A stretch of DNA of 53,769 bases, taken from positions 1 through 53,769 of the forward strand of contig CAYYPK010000033.1 of NCBI GenBank assembly GCA_964473525.1. Reading direction: 5' to 3'. Below the pieces are notes generated by a model. The model searched no databases and was not told the DNA's origin. It worked only from the letters and a program-made list of their open reading frames with translations. This DNA is from an uncultured bacterium. Its GTDB lineage: Bacteria > Poribacteria > WGA-4E > GCA-2687025. Made by a program: the position numbers and the translations under genes. Below, one piece after another: positions 46,432-53,769 of the stretch. Numbering within the stretch: the stretch's first letter is position 1; the number at the start of each line of letters is the position of its first letter.

Positions 46432-49107
46432 ATGGAACACCTACCGGACGACATCCTCGTGAGGCGCGTGCTCGCGGGAGACCAGGAAGCGTTCCGCCCC
46501 CTGGTGGAACGGTACGACCGCACTGTGCACGCCGCCATCTACATCGTGCTTGTCGGCCGCGCGATGCCGGAGGAGATGGCGGAGCTCAGCGGCGACGCGT
46601 TCGAGGCCGCATACCGTGGCCTGCGGGGCCTACAGCGGCGCGAGCGGTTCGGGCCGTGGATCTACCGCATCGCGCGCCGCAAGGCGATCGACTTCACTCG
46701 TCGGGGCCGTCAGCAGGTCGACCACGTGTCCTCGGACCACATGGAGGCGGAGACAGGGCTCGCCCTCGCAGACGCGCGACCCACGGGCCAGGACACCTGG
46801 GAGCGGGACAGCGACCGGCGCCGGATCGTGGAAGCCGCCCTCGCCTCGCTGCCGGAAGAGTTGCGCGTGCCTGCGGTCCTGCGGTACATGCGTGGCTTGG
46901 CCGTGAGGACGATCAGCGAGATCCTGGGCATCCCCATTAGGACGGTGGAACGGCGCGTGTCTCACGCGCGCGAGCGCTTGCGCGCGTACTTTGAGGCGCG
47001 AGGACTCACGAACGAGGTGAAGGCGCTCCAGAGGTGCGCGCTGCCTATCGCGGCCGGGGGAGATGTCGTCGCGCGGACGATGGCCGCTGTACAGGAGGCC
47101 GGTCCACACCAGCGCTCGGAGATTGGGATCAAGACGGCGGGGGCGCCCGCCACGGTCGTGGCGGCCGGTTCGTCGCTTGTGGCGGCGGCCGTGCTCGCGC
47201 TGTCCCTCGTCGTGACGGCGCAGCACGGCGCCGTGCAGCCGCGGCGCGGCGAGGAAGAGCTGCTCGTATCACTCGTGCCGCCAGCAGCCACGAGCGTCCC
47301 AAGGCCCCCCGGGCTCGCGCGGCCCGCGGGCGTGAGAGCGTTCGTCGAGACCGGCGACACGCTCGGGACGTGGCGGCCCGTGGCGCCCACGCTAGACGGC
47401 GCTCCGCCGGTAGCGGACGGCGACCTGCTATGGGGGAGGGACACCGGCTTCCACGTCGCGAACGAGGAAGGCGTGTACCTCGATACAGGACGGCTCTACG
47501 GGACGGTGACGCTAGACGCGCTTGTGGACATACCGACGTTCGGCGGCGCGCACGCGTCGATCGGCCTCGTCATTGACGGCCAGCACCGCGGCGTTGTAAA
47601 CCCCTCCGGCGGCAAGCAGCTCCGCGTCGACGTCGCCAGACACCGCGATGGCATGTGGGCGCACGTCAACCCGGACTGGCCGGCCTTTGCCTCCCCGAAC
47701 TACGACGGGTGGGCGCGCGACAGATCGCAGGCGTGGGTGGGTATCGCTGAGGCCAGCGCGCGCCCTACCCACGTGCGGCTCGTGCACCGCACCGACCTGG
47801 GCGCCTACGACATCTACATCGACGGTGTGCTGTCGGCGTCGTCAGTGCGGACGCCGGCGACGCGTGGGTTGCCCGTCACTGGGGCCGCGTTTGCCTCATG
47901 CGCCCGTGAGATTCCCGCGCCGATGCGGGTGCTGGGCCTGGAACTATGGGTGGACGGCCCCGACCTCGCGCCCCGCCGGCCAGACTACGTCGTCCGTGAC
48001 CCTGTAATGACGGATCCGGCAGCTGTCGCCACCCGTGTGCAGCAGAGGGTGGCGAACGGCGACCTCCGCGAGGCAAAGGATCTACTCCTGATGCTGAGGA
48101 TGCTCCGGGGACCCAGAGACGCCGTCGAACGCGCCGAAGAGCTCGTCCTCGCCCTCGAGCGCCGGCACGAGGCCGCCGTCCCGGCGATTGAGGCGAGGCT
48201 CGCGCGGCTGCGCACGGCCGCTGCGGACATCGCGCCCTCCGACACGCCGCTCGCTCCCGTGCCTGCGGCTACCCGCTATCTGCGTTGGGTCTGGCGTAAC
48301 TCAGACGTACAGTGGGCGCACTTCGACGTCGATTGGGAGGGCCAGGGCCACCCGCGTGTGCTTGTGGCCCTTCCCCGGGGAGACTACGTGGACGGGATCC
48401 ACCGGTTCGTATTCACTAGCCTGCTCGCCGAGTCTTACCGGCGACTCACGGGCCAGAACGGGGCGTTGACGGTGTCGTTGCGAGCCCCCGCGGACCTGCA
48501 GCACGAGGCGCTGGCCAACAACTGGCACGGTGACAGGCCCGAGGGCGGCCGGCCTGTTCGTGACGGGGTCGATGCCCTGCTGACCGTGGTCGAGGACGCC
48601 GTCGCCTTCGGCGCTCTGGCGGGCGCGCTCCCCAAGGCGGAGCAGTTGGCGTCGCGGCACGACGGTGGCGAGCAGGCAGAAGCCGCGCGTCGGCTGGTGG
48701 CGCCTTTCAGGCGAACGTGGGACAGGGATCTGGCGGCGGCCGACGTCTGGTGTCGAGGCATTGCTCGCGGCCTCGACGACCTCAGGAGTGGGTACCCCTC
48801 GCCCCACGGTTCTCTGAACGGTTGGCTGACGGCGTGCGTGCCCGACGCGAGCGTGCGTGAGGGCGCGGACGGCGAAGCGTACGTGACCCTCCCATCACCC
48901 ATGCACTACAGCACGGCGCGCCTCATGCGCCTGTCACGCGATCTCGCCGAGGTCAGCGCCCTTCTCGACGGTGGTCGGCGTGCGACCGACGTGTTCCTGT
49001 GCGTTCCCAACCAGCCACAGCACGTGGTTGGCTTCGCCAGGCCTCCGGCGCCGCGGGACGGGCAGACCACGACGGACGACCTCGCCGTGGCGGCCGTCGG
49101 CAGGTAG
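46432..49107 (+). CDS. ECF sigma factor fused to a transmembrane helix and a large (~600 aa) C-terminal extracytoplasmic domain (one-polypeptide sigma/anti-sigma-like protein)
   Basis: Internal start MEHLPDDILVRRVLAGDQEAF. Sigma-2 region (FRPLVERYDRTVHAAIYIV) and sigma-4 (LPEELRVPAVLRYMRGLAVRTISEILGIPIRTVERRVSHARERL), then TM segment VVAAGSSLVAAAVLALSLVV, then a long domain of unknown fold. Confidence 0.7.
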   Translation: MEHLPDDILVRRVLAGDQEAFRPLVERYDRTVHAAIYIVLVGRAMPEEMAELSGDAFEAAYRGLRGLQRRERFGPWIYRIARRKAIDFTRRGRQQVDHVSSDHMEAETGLALADARPTGQDTWERDSDRRRIVEAALASLPEELRVPAVLRYMRGLAVRTISEILGIPIRTVERRVSHARERLRAYFEARGLTNEVKALQRCALPIAAGGDVVARTMAAVQEAGPHQRSEIGIKTAGAPATVVAAGSSLVAAAVLALSLVVTAQHGAVQPRRGEEELLVSLVPPAATSVPRPPGLARPAGVRAFVETGDTLGTWRPVAPTLDGAPPVADGDLLWGRDTGFHVANEEGVYLDTGRLYGTVTLDALVDIPTFGGAHASIGLVIDGQHRGVVNPSGGKQLRVDVARHRDGMWAHVNPDWPAFASPNYDGWARDRSQAWVGIAEASARPTHVRLVHRTDLGAYDIYIDGVLSASSVRTPATRGLPVTGAAFASCAREIPAPMRVLGLELWVDGPDLAPRRPDYVVRDPVMTDPAAVATRVQQRVANGDLREAKDLLLMLRMLRGPRDAVERAEELVLALERRHEAAVPAIEARLARLRTAAADIAPSDTPLAPVPAATRYLRWVWRNSDVQWAHFDVDWEGQGHPRVLVALPRGDYVDGIHRFVFTSLLAESYRRLTGQNGALTVSLRAPADLQHEALANNWHGDRPEGGRPVRDGVDALLTVVEDAVAFGALAGALPKAEQLASRHDGGEQAEAARRLVAPFRRTWDRDLAAADVWCRGIARGLDDLRSGYPSPHGSLNGWLTACVPDASVREGADGEAYVTLPSPMHYSTARLMRLSRDLAEVSALLDGGRRATDVFLCVPNQPQHVVGFARPPAPRDGQTTTDDLAVAAVGR

Positions 49108-49311
49108 TACACGCGAGCGGCTCTCGCTCGCCCTGCATCCGCGCCCAGGTTAGTATGGTAGTACGAGGCCGACAGTGGCACGCGGCGACGACCCGTAGGG
49201 GCAACACGATGTGGAACTTCCAGCTCTCCCACCCGTAGGCCACGAGGCCAACGGGAACAGACTGCGGCATCACGCGCGACGACGGAGCCGGCCGAAGCAA
49301 CCGGCGCGGCA

Positions 49312-50628
49312 TTGGGAGACGATCCAAGCATGGATCTGTTTGAACTTAGAGAACGGATTGAGCAGAAGGAACGGGCGATCCTCGTCGGCGTCGAGTGGAC
49401 CGGCCCGGAGAGCGACACGTACAGCGTGCAAGACTCCATGGCGGAGCTGTCGGCGCTCGCGGGCACCGCTGGCGTCGAGGTGGTGTGTCAGGTGGTGCAG
49501 AGACGCCACGCGCCGCACCCGTCGACACTCATCGGCTCGGGCAAGGTCGAGGAACTTCGCGTCCTGAACGAGGAGATCGATGCCGACATCTTCCTATTCG
49601 ACGACGACCTCGCCCCCGGTCAGATGCGCAATCTTGACAAGATCCTCGACCGAAAGGTCCTGGACCGCACCGATGTCATCCTCGACATCTTCGCGCAGCG
49701 AGCGCGGACGAAGGAAGCCAAAGTGCAGGTGGAGTTGGCGCAGCTCGAGTACGCCATACCCCGGCTGCGGAGGGCGTGGACGCACCTCTCACGCGTGGGC
49801 GCGGGCTCCGGGATCTCTGGAGGTGTAGGTACCCGCGGCCCTGGACGCACGCAGTTGGAGATGGACCAGCGGCTGATTCAGCGGCGTATCAAGCAGCTCC
49901 GCAAGGAATTGGTCGACATGCGGCGGCAGCGGCGTGTCCAGCGGTCGGCGCGCGCGAAGGAGTACACCGCGTCGCTCGTCGGGTATACTAACGCGGGCAA
50001 GTCCTCGCTGCTGAACGCGCTCACCGGCGAGCGTCACGTCGAGACGGAAGACAAGCTCTTCAAGACACTCGACCCCACGACCCGCCGGCTCGAAGTCGAC
50101 GACGCGAGGAGCGTACTCGTCACCGACACTGTGGGGTTCATCCAGCGCCTTCCACATCGCCTGGTCGAGGCGTTCCGCGCCACGCTCGAGGAGGTGCTCG
50201 AGGCGGACCTGCTCATCCACGTCGTCGACGGATCTCACTCTGACCCGATCGCGCAGGTTGCGGCCGTCAACGAGGTGCTGGCAGAACTTGACGCGCAGGA
50301 TCTGCCTACGCTGCTCGTCCTCAACAAGATCGACCTCGTCGACGATGCGCAGACGCTTGCCGACCTGAAGGCGGAGTATCCAGACGCGGTACCGGTGTCG
50401 GCGATGACCGGCGAGGGAGTCGCGACGTTGCGTCACGAGCTCTCCACGCGGGCGGGCGAAGGCGAGCAGGAGTATGAGTTCCGCCTTCCCCACGAGCGCG
50501 GCCGCCTGCTGTCCTACCTGTACGAGCACGGGCACGTCGACGACGTGGACTACGGCGAGAAGGAAGTCACCGTCAGGGCGCACCTGCATCCGAAGCACGT
50601 CGCGCCGCTGCGCGACTACGTCTCGTAG
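49312..50628 (+). CDS. hflX: GTPase HflX
   Basis: HflX N-domain plus G-domain with G1 GYTNAGKSSLLNALT, G3 DTVGF and G4 NKID. An alternative start is at 49330. Confidence 0.9.
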   Translation: MGDDPSMDLFELRERIEQKERAILVGVEWTGPESDTYSVQDSMAELSALAGTAGVEVVCQVVQRRHAPHPSTLIGSGKVEELRVLNEEIDADIFLFDDDLAPGQMRNLDKILDRKVLDRTDVILDIFAQRARTKEAKVQVELAQLEYAIPRLRRAWTHLSRVGAGSGISGGVGTRGPGRTQLEMDQRLIQRRIKQLRKELVDMRRQRRVQRSARAKEYTASLVGYTNAGKSSLLNALTGERHVETEDKLFKTLDPTTRRLEVDDARSVLVTDTVGFIQRLPHRLVEAFRATLEEVLEADLLIHVVDGSHSDPIAQVAAVNEVLAELDAQDLPTLLVLNKIDLVDDAQTLADLKAEYPDAVPVSAMTGEGVATLRHELSTRAGEGEQEYEFRLPHERGRLLSYLYEHGHVDDVDYGEKEVTVRAHLHPKHVAPLRDYVS

Positions 50629-50661
50629 GCGCCCAGAGGCCGCGCGCTCGGTTCGCGACAG

Positions 50662-51486
50662 TCAACTCAGACTGAGGGCCTCCCACTCGCGAGCCGTCGC
50701 CACGACCTCGTGCGGCCGCTCCTTCGACCGCAGCAGATGCCCGCCTAGCTCGCGCATTGTGGACTGCGTTGCGTCCTGATACCGAAAGTCCAGACTCCAT
50801 CGGATGTGGTCCGACACGTTCGGCAGCCCTCGGTGGAACACCAGGTTGCTGAACAGGACGACATCGCCGGGATCGCACTCGACGGCGACGGCGCGGTCCT
50901 CGAGCGGCAGGATCACGTCGTCCGCGATGCGCAGGTAGAATTCGTCCTTCTCATGCCGTACGACGCCCTGCCGATGCGTGCCCGGCACAATCTCCATGCA
51001 GCCGTTCTCCCGCGTCGCGGGGACGAGCGGCGTCCACACGTTCATCATGCGCAACACGTCCGACGCGCGCGACGTGTACCCTGCATCCTGATGCCACAAC
51101 ACCAGCGTCCGTTCGTTCTCCGGGAGTTTGGGACGCACCGAGTAGTTCGGGTACAGCCGGACCTCCGGCCCGAGAGCCTCCTCGGCGAGATCGAGGAGGC
51201 CGGAGTGTCCGAACAGTTGGAAGAAGCCTGGTCGGTGCAACTCCGGCCGGAAGATCGTGGGCGTTTCACCCGCGCGGCCCTCGTACAGCCGCATCATGCG
51301 CTTGTCGAACGGGGCGTCGGCGAACGTCGACGACGTCCTGCCGTCCTCCACGAGTCGCGAGGCAAGGAGATCCACGAGCGCGGAACTCTCCTCAATCACC
51401 GCCCGTCGGACGCCGGGCTCGATGAGACCACGCACGATCGCATAGCCATCCTCGCGAAACTGCTCGATCCAGGACATGGATGCCAC
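50662..51486 (-). CDS. Phytanoyl-CoA dioxygenase (PhyH) family Fe(II)/2-oxoglutarate oxygenase
   Basis: WHQDAGY...(HxD)...FHRG pattern characteristic of the PhyH family. Starts 4 nt after the trpB2 stop. Confidence 0.7.
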   Translation of the reverse strand: MASMSWIEQFREDGYAIVRGLIEPGVRRAVIEESSALVDLLASRLVEDGRTSSTFADAPFDKRMMRLYEGRAGETPTIFRPELHRPGFFQLFGHSGLLDLAEEALGPEVRLYPNYSVRPKLPENERTLVLWHQDAGYTSRASDVLRMMNVWTPLVPATRENGCMEIVPGTHRQGVVRHEKDEFYLRIADDVILPLEDRAVAVECDPGDVVLFSNLVFHRGLPNVSDHIRWSLDFRYQDATQSTMRELGGHLLRSKERPHEVVATAREWEALSLS

Positions 51487-51490
51487 GCCT

Positions 51491-52855
51491 CTACGACGGC
51501 GGCGATGGGAACGCCGCGAACGCCGCCTTGTTGTCGTCGATGTCGCCCGCGGACAACTGGTAGTCCGTCAGCGATCCGGCGAAGTACGCGTCGTACGCGG
51601 ACATGTCGAAGTGGCCGTGACCCGACAGGTTGAACAGGATCGTCTTCGCGACGCCCTCCTGCTTGGCCGCCTCCGCGTGCGCCACCGCGGACTTCACGGC
51701 GTGGCTCGATTCGGGCGCCGGGATGATGCCCTCCTCGCGCGCGAACAGGGTCGCCGCGTCGAAGCAATCCACCTGCGTGTACGCCTCGGCCTCGATCCAT
51801 CCATCGTTGACCAGTTGGCTCGCGAGAGGCGCCGCGCCATGGTAACGAAGGCCGCCCGAATGGATGGACGCCGGCACGAACTCGTGCCCGAGCGTGTGCA
51901 TGGGCAGCAGGGGGGTCATGCCGATCGTGTCGCCGAAGTCGTACGCGAATGTGCCCTTCGTCAACGTCGGGCACGCCAACGGCTCGACGGCGACGATTCG
52001 CGTGCCCTTGCCTGCGAACTTCTCGCGCAGGTACGGGAACGCCAGGCCCGCGAAGTTGCTGCCTCCGCCGAAGCACCCAATGATGACGTCGGGCTCCGCG
52101 TCCGCCAGCGCCATCTGCTTCTCTGTCTCGAGCCCGATGATCGTCTGGTGCAACAGCACGTGGTTCAGCACGCTGCCCAGCGAGTATTTCGTGTCGTCGC
52201 GGCCGGCGGCTTCCTCCACGGCCTCGGAGATGGCTATGCCCAGGCTTCCCGCGGTGTCCGGCATGTCGGCGAGCACCTTGCGGCCAGCTTCGGTCTGGTC
52301 GGACGGGCTCGGGATGACCTCCGCGCCCCAGGTGGTCATCATCGACCTGCGGTACGGCTTCTGCTCGAAGCTGATCCGTACCATGTAGACCTTGCACTCG
52401 AGGTCGAACAGATTGCACGCGAAGCTGAGCGCGCTGCCCCACTGCCCCGCGCCGGTCTCGGTCGTGATGCGCGCGACGCCTTCCTGCTTGTTGTAGTAGG
52501 CCTGTGGGACGGCGGTGTTCGGCTTGTGGCTGCCGGTCGGACTGACGCCCTCGTACTTGTAGAAGATCTTCGCCGGCGTATCGAGCGCCTTCTCAAGCCG
52601 GTGAGCACGGTACAGCGGGCTCGGCCGCCACAGCGTGTACGCGTCGCGCACGGGGTCGGGGATGTCGATCCACCTCTCTTGCGACACCTCCTGCTTTATC
52701 AGCTCCATCGGGAACAACGGCGCCAGCGCCTCTGGGCCGATGGGCTCGCCGGTGCCCGGGTTGAGGGGCGGCAGTGGCGGCGACGGCAGGTCAGCAGCGA
52801 TGTTGTACCAGTGACGGGGCACGTCGGAGTCGGGTAGGACGTACTTCGACTGCAT
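51491..52855 (-). CDS. TrpB2-type tryptophan synthase beta-subunit paralogue (PLP enzyme)
   Basis: Internal start [19 protein letters not shown] with GGGAGAG upstream. The PLP-lysine region is present. Confidence 0.8.
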   Translation of the reverse strand: MQSKYVLPDSDVPRHWYNIAADLPSPPLPPLNPGTGEPIGPEALAPLFPMELIKQEVSQERWIDIPDPVRDAYTLWRPSPLYRAHRLEKALDTPAKIFYKYEGVSPTGSHKPNTAVPQAYYNKQEGVARITTETGAGQWGSALSFACNLFDLECKVYMVRISFEQKPYRRSMMTTWGAEVIPSPSDQTEAGRKVLADMPDTAGSLGIAISEAVEEAAGRDDTKYSLGSVLNHVLLHQTIIGLETEKQMALADAEPDVIIGCFGGGSNFAGLAFPYLREKFAGKGTRIVAVEPLACPTLTKGTFAYDFGDTIGMTPLLPMHTLGHEFVPASIHSGGLRYHGAAPLASQLVNDGWIEAEAYTQVDCFDAATLFAREEGIIPAPESSHAVKSAVAHAEAAKQEGVAKTILFNLSGHGHFDMSAYDAYFAGSLTDYQLSAGDIDDNKAAFAAFPSPPS

Positions 52856-52994
52856 GCGCGGGGCTCTCCCTGATCCTGTGCGTGAGGAGCATACACGGAC
52901 GCTCAAGGAATAACCAGCGCACGCACCGATTGCAACGCTCCTGCGCCCCCGCGTCTGGTAGGGGAGCGGGCTCTCGGTTGCGGCCCTCCCTAGC

Positions 52995-53018
52995 TTGGAT
53001 GTTATACTCTCCTATATT
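52995..53018 (+). promoter_or_regulatory. Conspicuously AT-rich box (TTGGATGTTATACTCTCCTATATT) about 85 nt upstream of the Kelch gene; candidate promoter
   Basis: Two TATA-like hexamers (TATACT, TATATT) in a 68% GC background. The spacing to any -35 is ambiguous. Confidence 0.25.
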
Positions 53019-53098
53019 GGCGCTGCCGCGGCGGCCGGCGGCAGTGGCCCGACGTCGGCGCCGTCAACGTGGGGCAGGGCTATTGGGGAGGAACCGTG

Positions 53099-53769
53099 AT
53101 GAGGGCTGTCGCAACGTGGGTCACGCTTCTGCTGGCTTTCGCGCCGACCATCGCGCGGGCGCAAGAGGGCGTCTGGCGCGAGGCGCGGCAGCTCGGGGAG
53201 GCCAGGGCATACCTCGGCGCGGCGCCGGTTGACGGCCGCGTCTACACGGTCGGAGGCATTCGGGGGTGGCCTCCGCTCTCGTCTGTGGAGGAATACGATC
53301 CGTCGCGGGACGTCTGGCGGGAGCGGGAGCCGCTCCCCGTGCCGCGCATGGCCCTCGCCGTGCTGGGCGCGGGCAACCTGCTGTACGCGGTTGCTGGAGC
53401 CACCAGCACGGCCTGGATCGGCCGCGTCGACGTCTACGACCCTGGCGCCGACCGCTGGAGTGAGCGCGCCCCGCTACCAGATGGCCGCGGCTACGTCGGG
53501 GCGGCGGCCGCTTTCGGGGGGCTGTACATCGTCGGCGGGTGGACCGGTATCGTCACGACGGCTCGCGTTGACCGTTACGACCCGGCGGTGGACGAGTGGA
53601 CACGCGTGGCTGACCTACCGACGCCTCGGGCGGGCGCTGCGGCGTGCGCCGCGCGCGGTAGATCTACGTGCTCGGGGCCGGGGCGAAGGCGTCGGCGACA
53701 GGGGGCCGCTGACCGACTCGCTCTTGGAATACGACCCGCTCGCGGACGTGTGGGCAGAACGGGCGCCCC
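53099..53769 (+). CDS. Secreted Kelch-repeat protein (partial, continues past the window end)
   Basis: GGGGAGG RBS 7 nt upstream. Signal peptide MRAVATWVTLLLAFAPTIARAQ. Repeated Kelch-like blades (RVYTVGG, YDPSRDVWRE, LLYAVAG, YDPGADRWSERAPLP, LYIVGG, YDPAVDEWTR). The frame appears to slip twice in the last ~110 nt. Confidence 0.6.
   Translation, partial: MRAVATWVTLLLAFAPTIARAQEGVWREARQLGEARAYLGAAPVDGRVYTVGGIRGWPPLSSVEEYDPSRDVWREREPLPVPRMALAVLGAGNLLYAVAGATSTAWIGRVDVYDPGADRWSERAPLPDGRGYVGAAAAFGGLYIVGGWTGIVTTARVDRYDPAVDEWTRVADLPTPRAGAAACAARGRSTCSGPGRRRRRQGAADRLALGIRPARGRVGRTGA

Noticed and set aside
53641-53769. Apparent double frame change in the last ~110 nt of the Kelch gene. The blade sequence continues as IYVLG... 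and then ...GVGDRGPLTDSLLEYDPLADVWAERAP in the other two frames.
   Set aside because: Two single-base indels within 25 nt at the extreme end of the window look like contig-end sequencing error rather than biology. This would need read-level confirmation.

Overview
This is a 53.8-kb high-GC (about 68%) bacterial chromosomal segment. Coding density is high, many genes use GTG/TTG starts, and many adjacent genes overlap by 4-14 nt in ATGA/GTGA style, indicating translational coupling. A Wza-like polysaccharide exporter, a lipobox lipoprotein and beta-rich secreted proteins suggest a diderm organism. No rRNA, tRNA or CRISPR array was found.

Most of the window is core metabolism:
- A partial IS110-family transposase runs off the 5' edge.
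- A methionine-cycle operon on the minus strand (YitJ-like Hcy-methyltransferase/MTHFR fusion, then B12-dependent MetH, then a secreted LamG protein) is preceded by a 340-nt structured GC-rich leader that I flag as a candidate SAM riboswitch.
- glnA-glnB lies upstream of a secreted beta-rich protein.
- dcd sits divergently from a ymdB-xseA-xseB-ispA operon.
- A DapA-family aldolase, an ATPase-less ABC importer and an asparaginase II follow.

Accessory-looking parts:
- A five-gene translationally coupled operon of glycan-active enzymes: unknown, creatininase-family, heparinase II/III-like, secreted lyase-like, and a GATase1/NodB-like deacetylase.
- An SPFH gene coupled to a J-domain gene.
- tpx, followed by an FkbM methyltransferase, a frameshift-interrupted tandem MBL hydrolase and a Gfo/Idh/MocA oxidoreductase.
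- A UbiA prenyltransferase next to a Wza-like exporter, then a small Rieske protein.

The most unusual locus (42.9-46.3 kb) is a four-gene translationally coupled cassette. A Rad50/SbcC-type ABC ATPase appears to be split at its zinc hook. The pieces are the N-lobe with ascending coiled coil and CxxC hook, a separate descending coiled-coil protein, and a separate C-lobe with signature, Walker B and H-loop. A complete Mre11/SbcD-like metallophosphoesterase gene is inserted between the halves. A lipoprotein lytic transglycosylase lies 21 nt upstream. A one-polypeptide ECF sigma factor with a transmembrane helix and a roughly 600-aa extracytoplasmic domain lies just downstream. hflX, a trpB2-phyH pair and a partial Kelch protein close the window.
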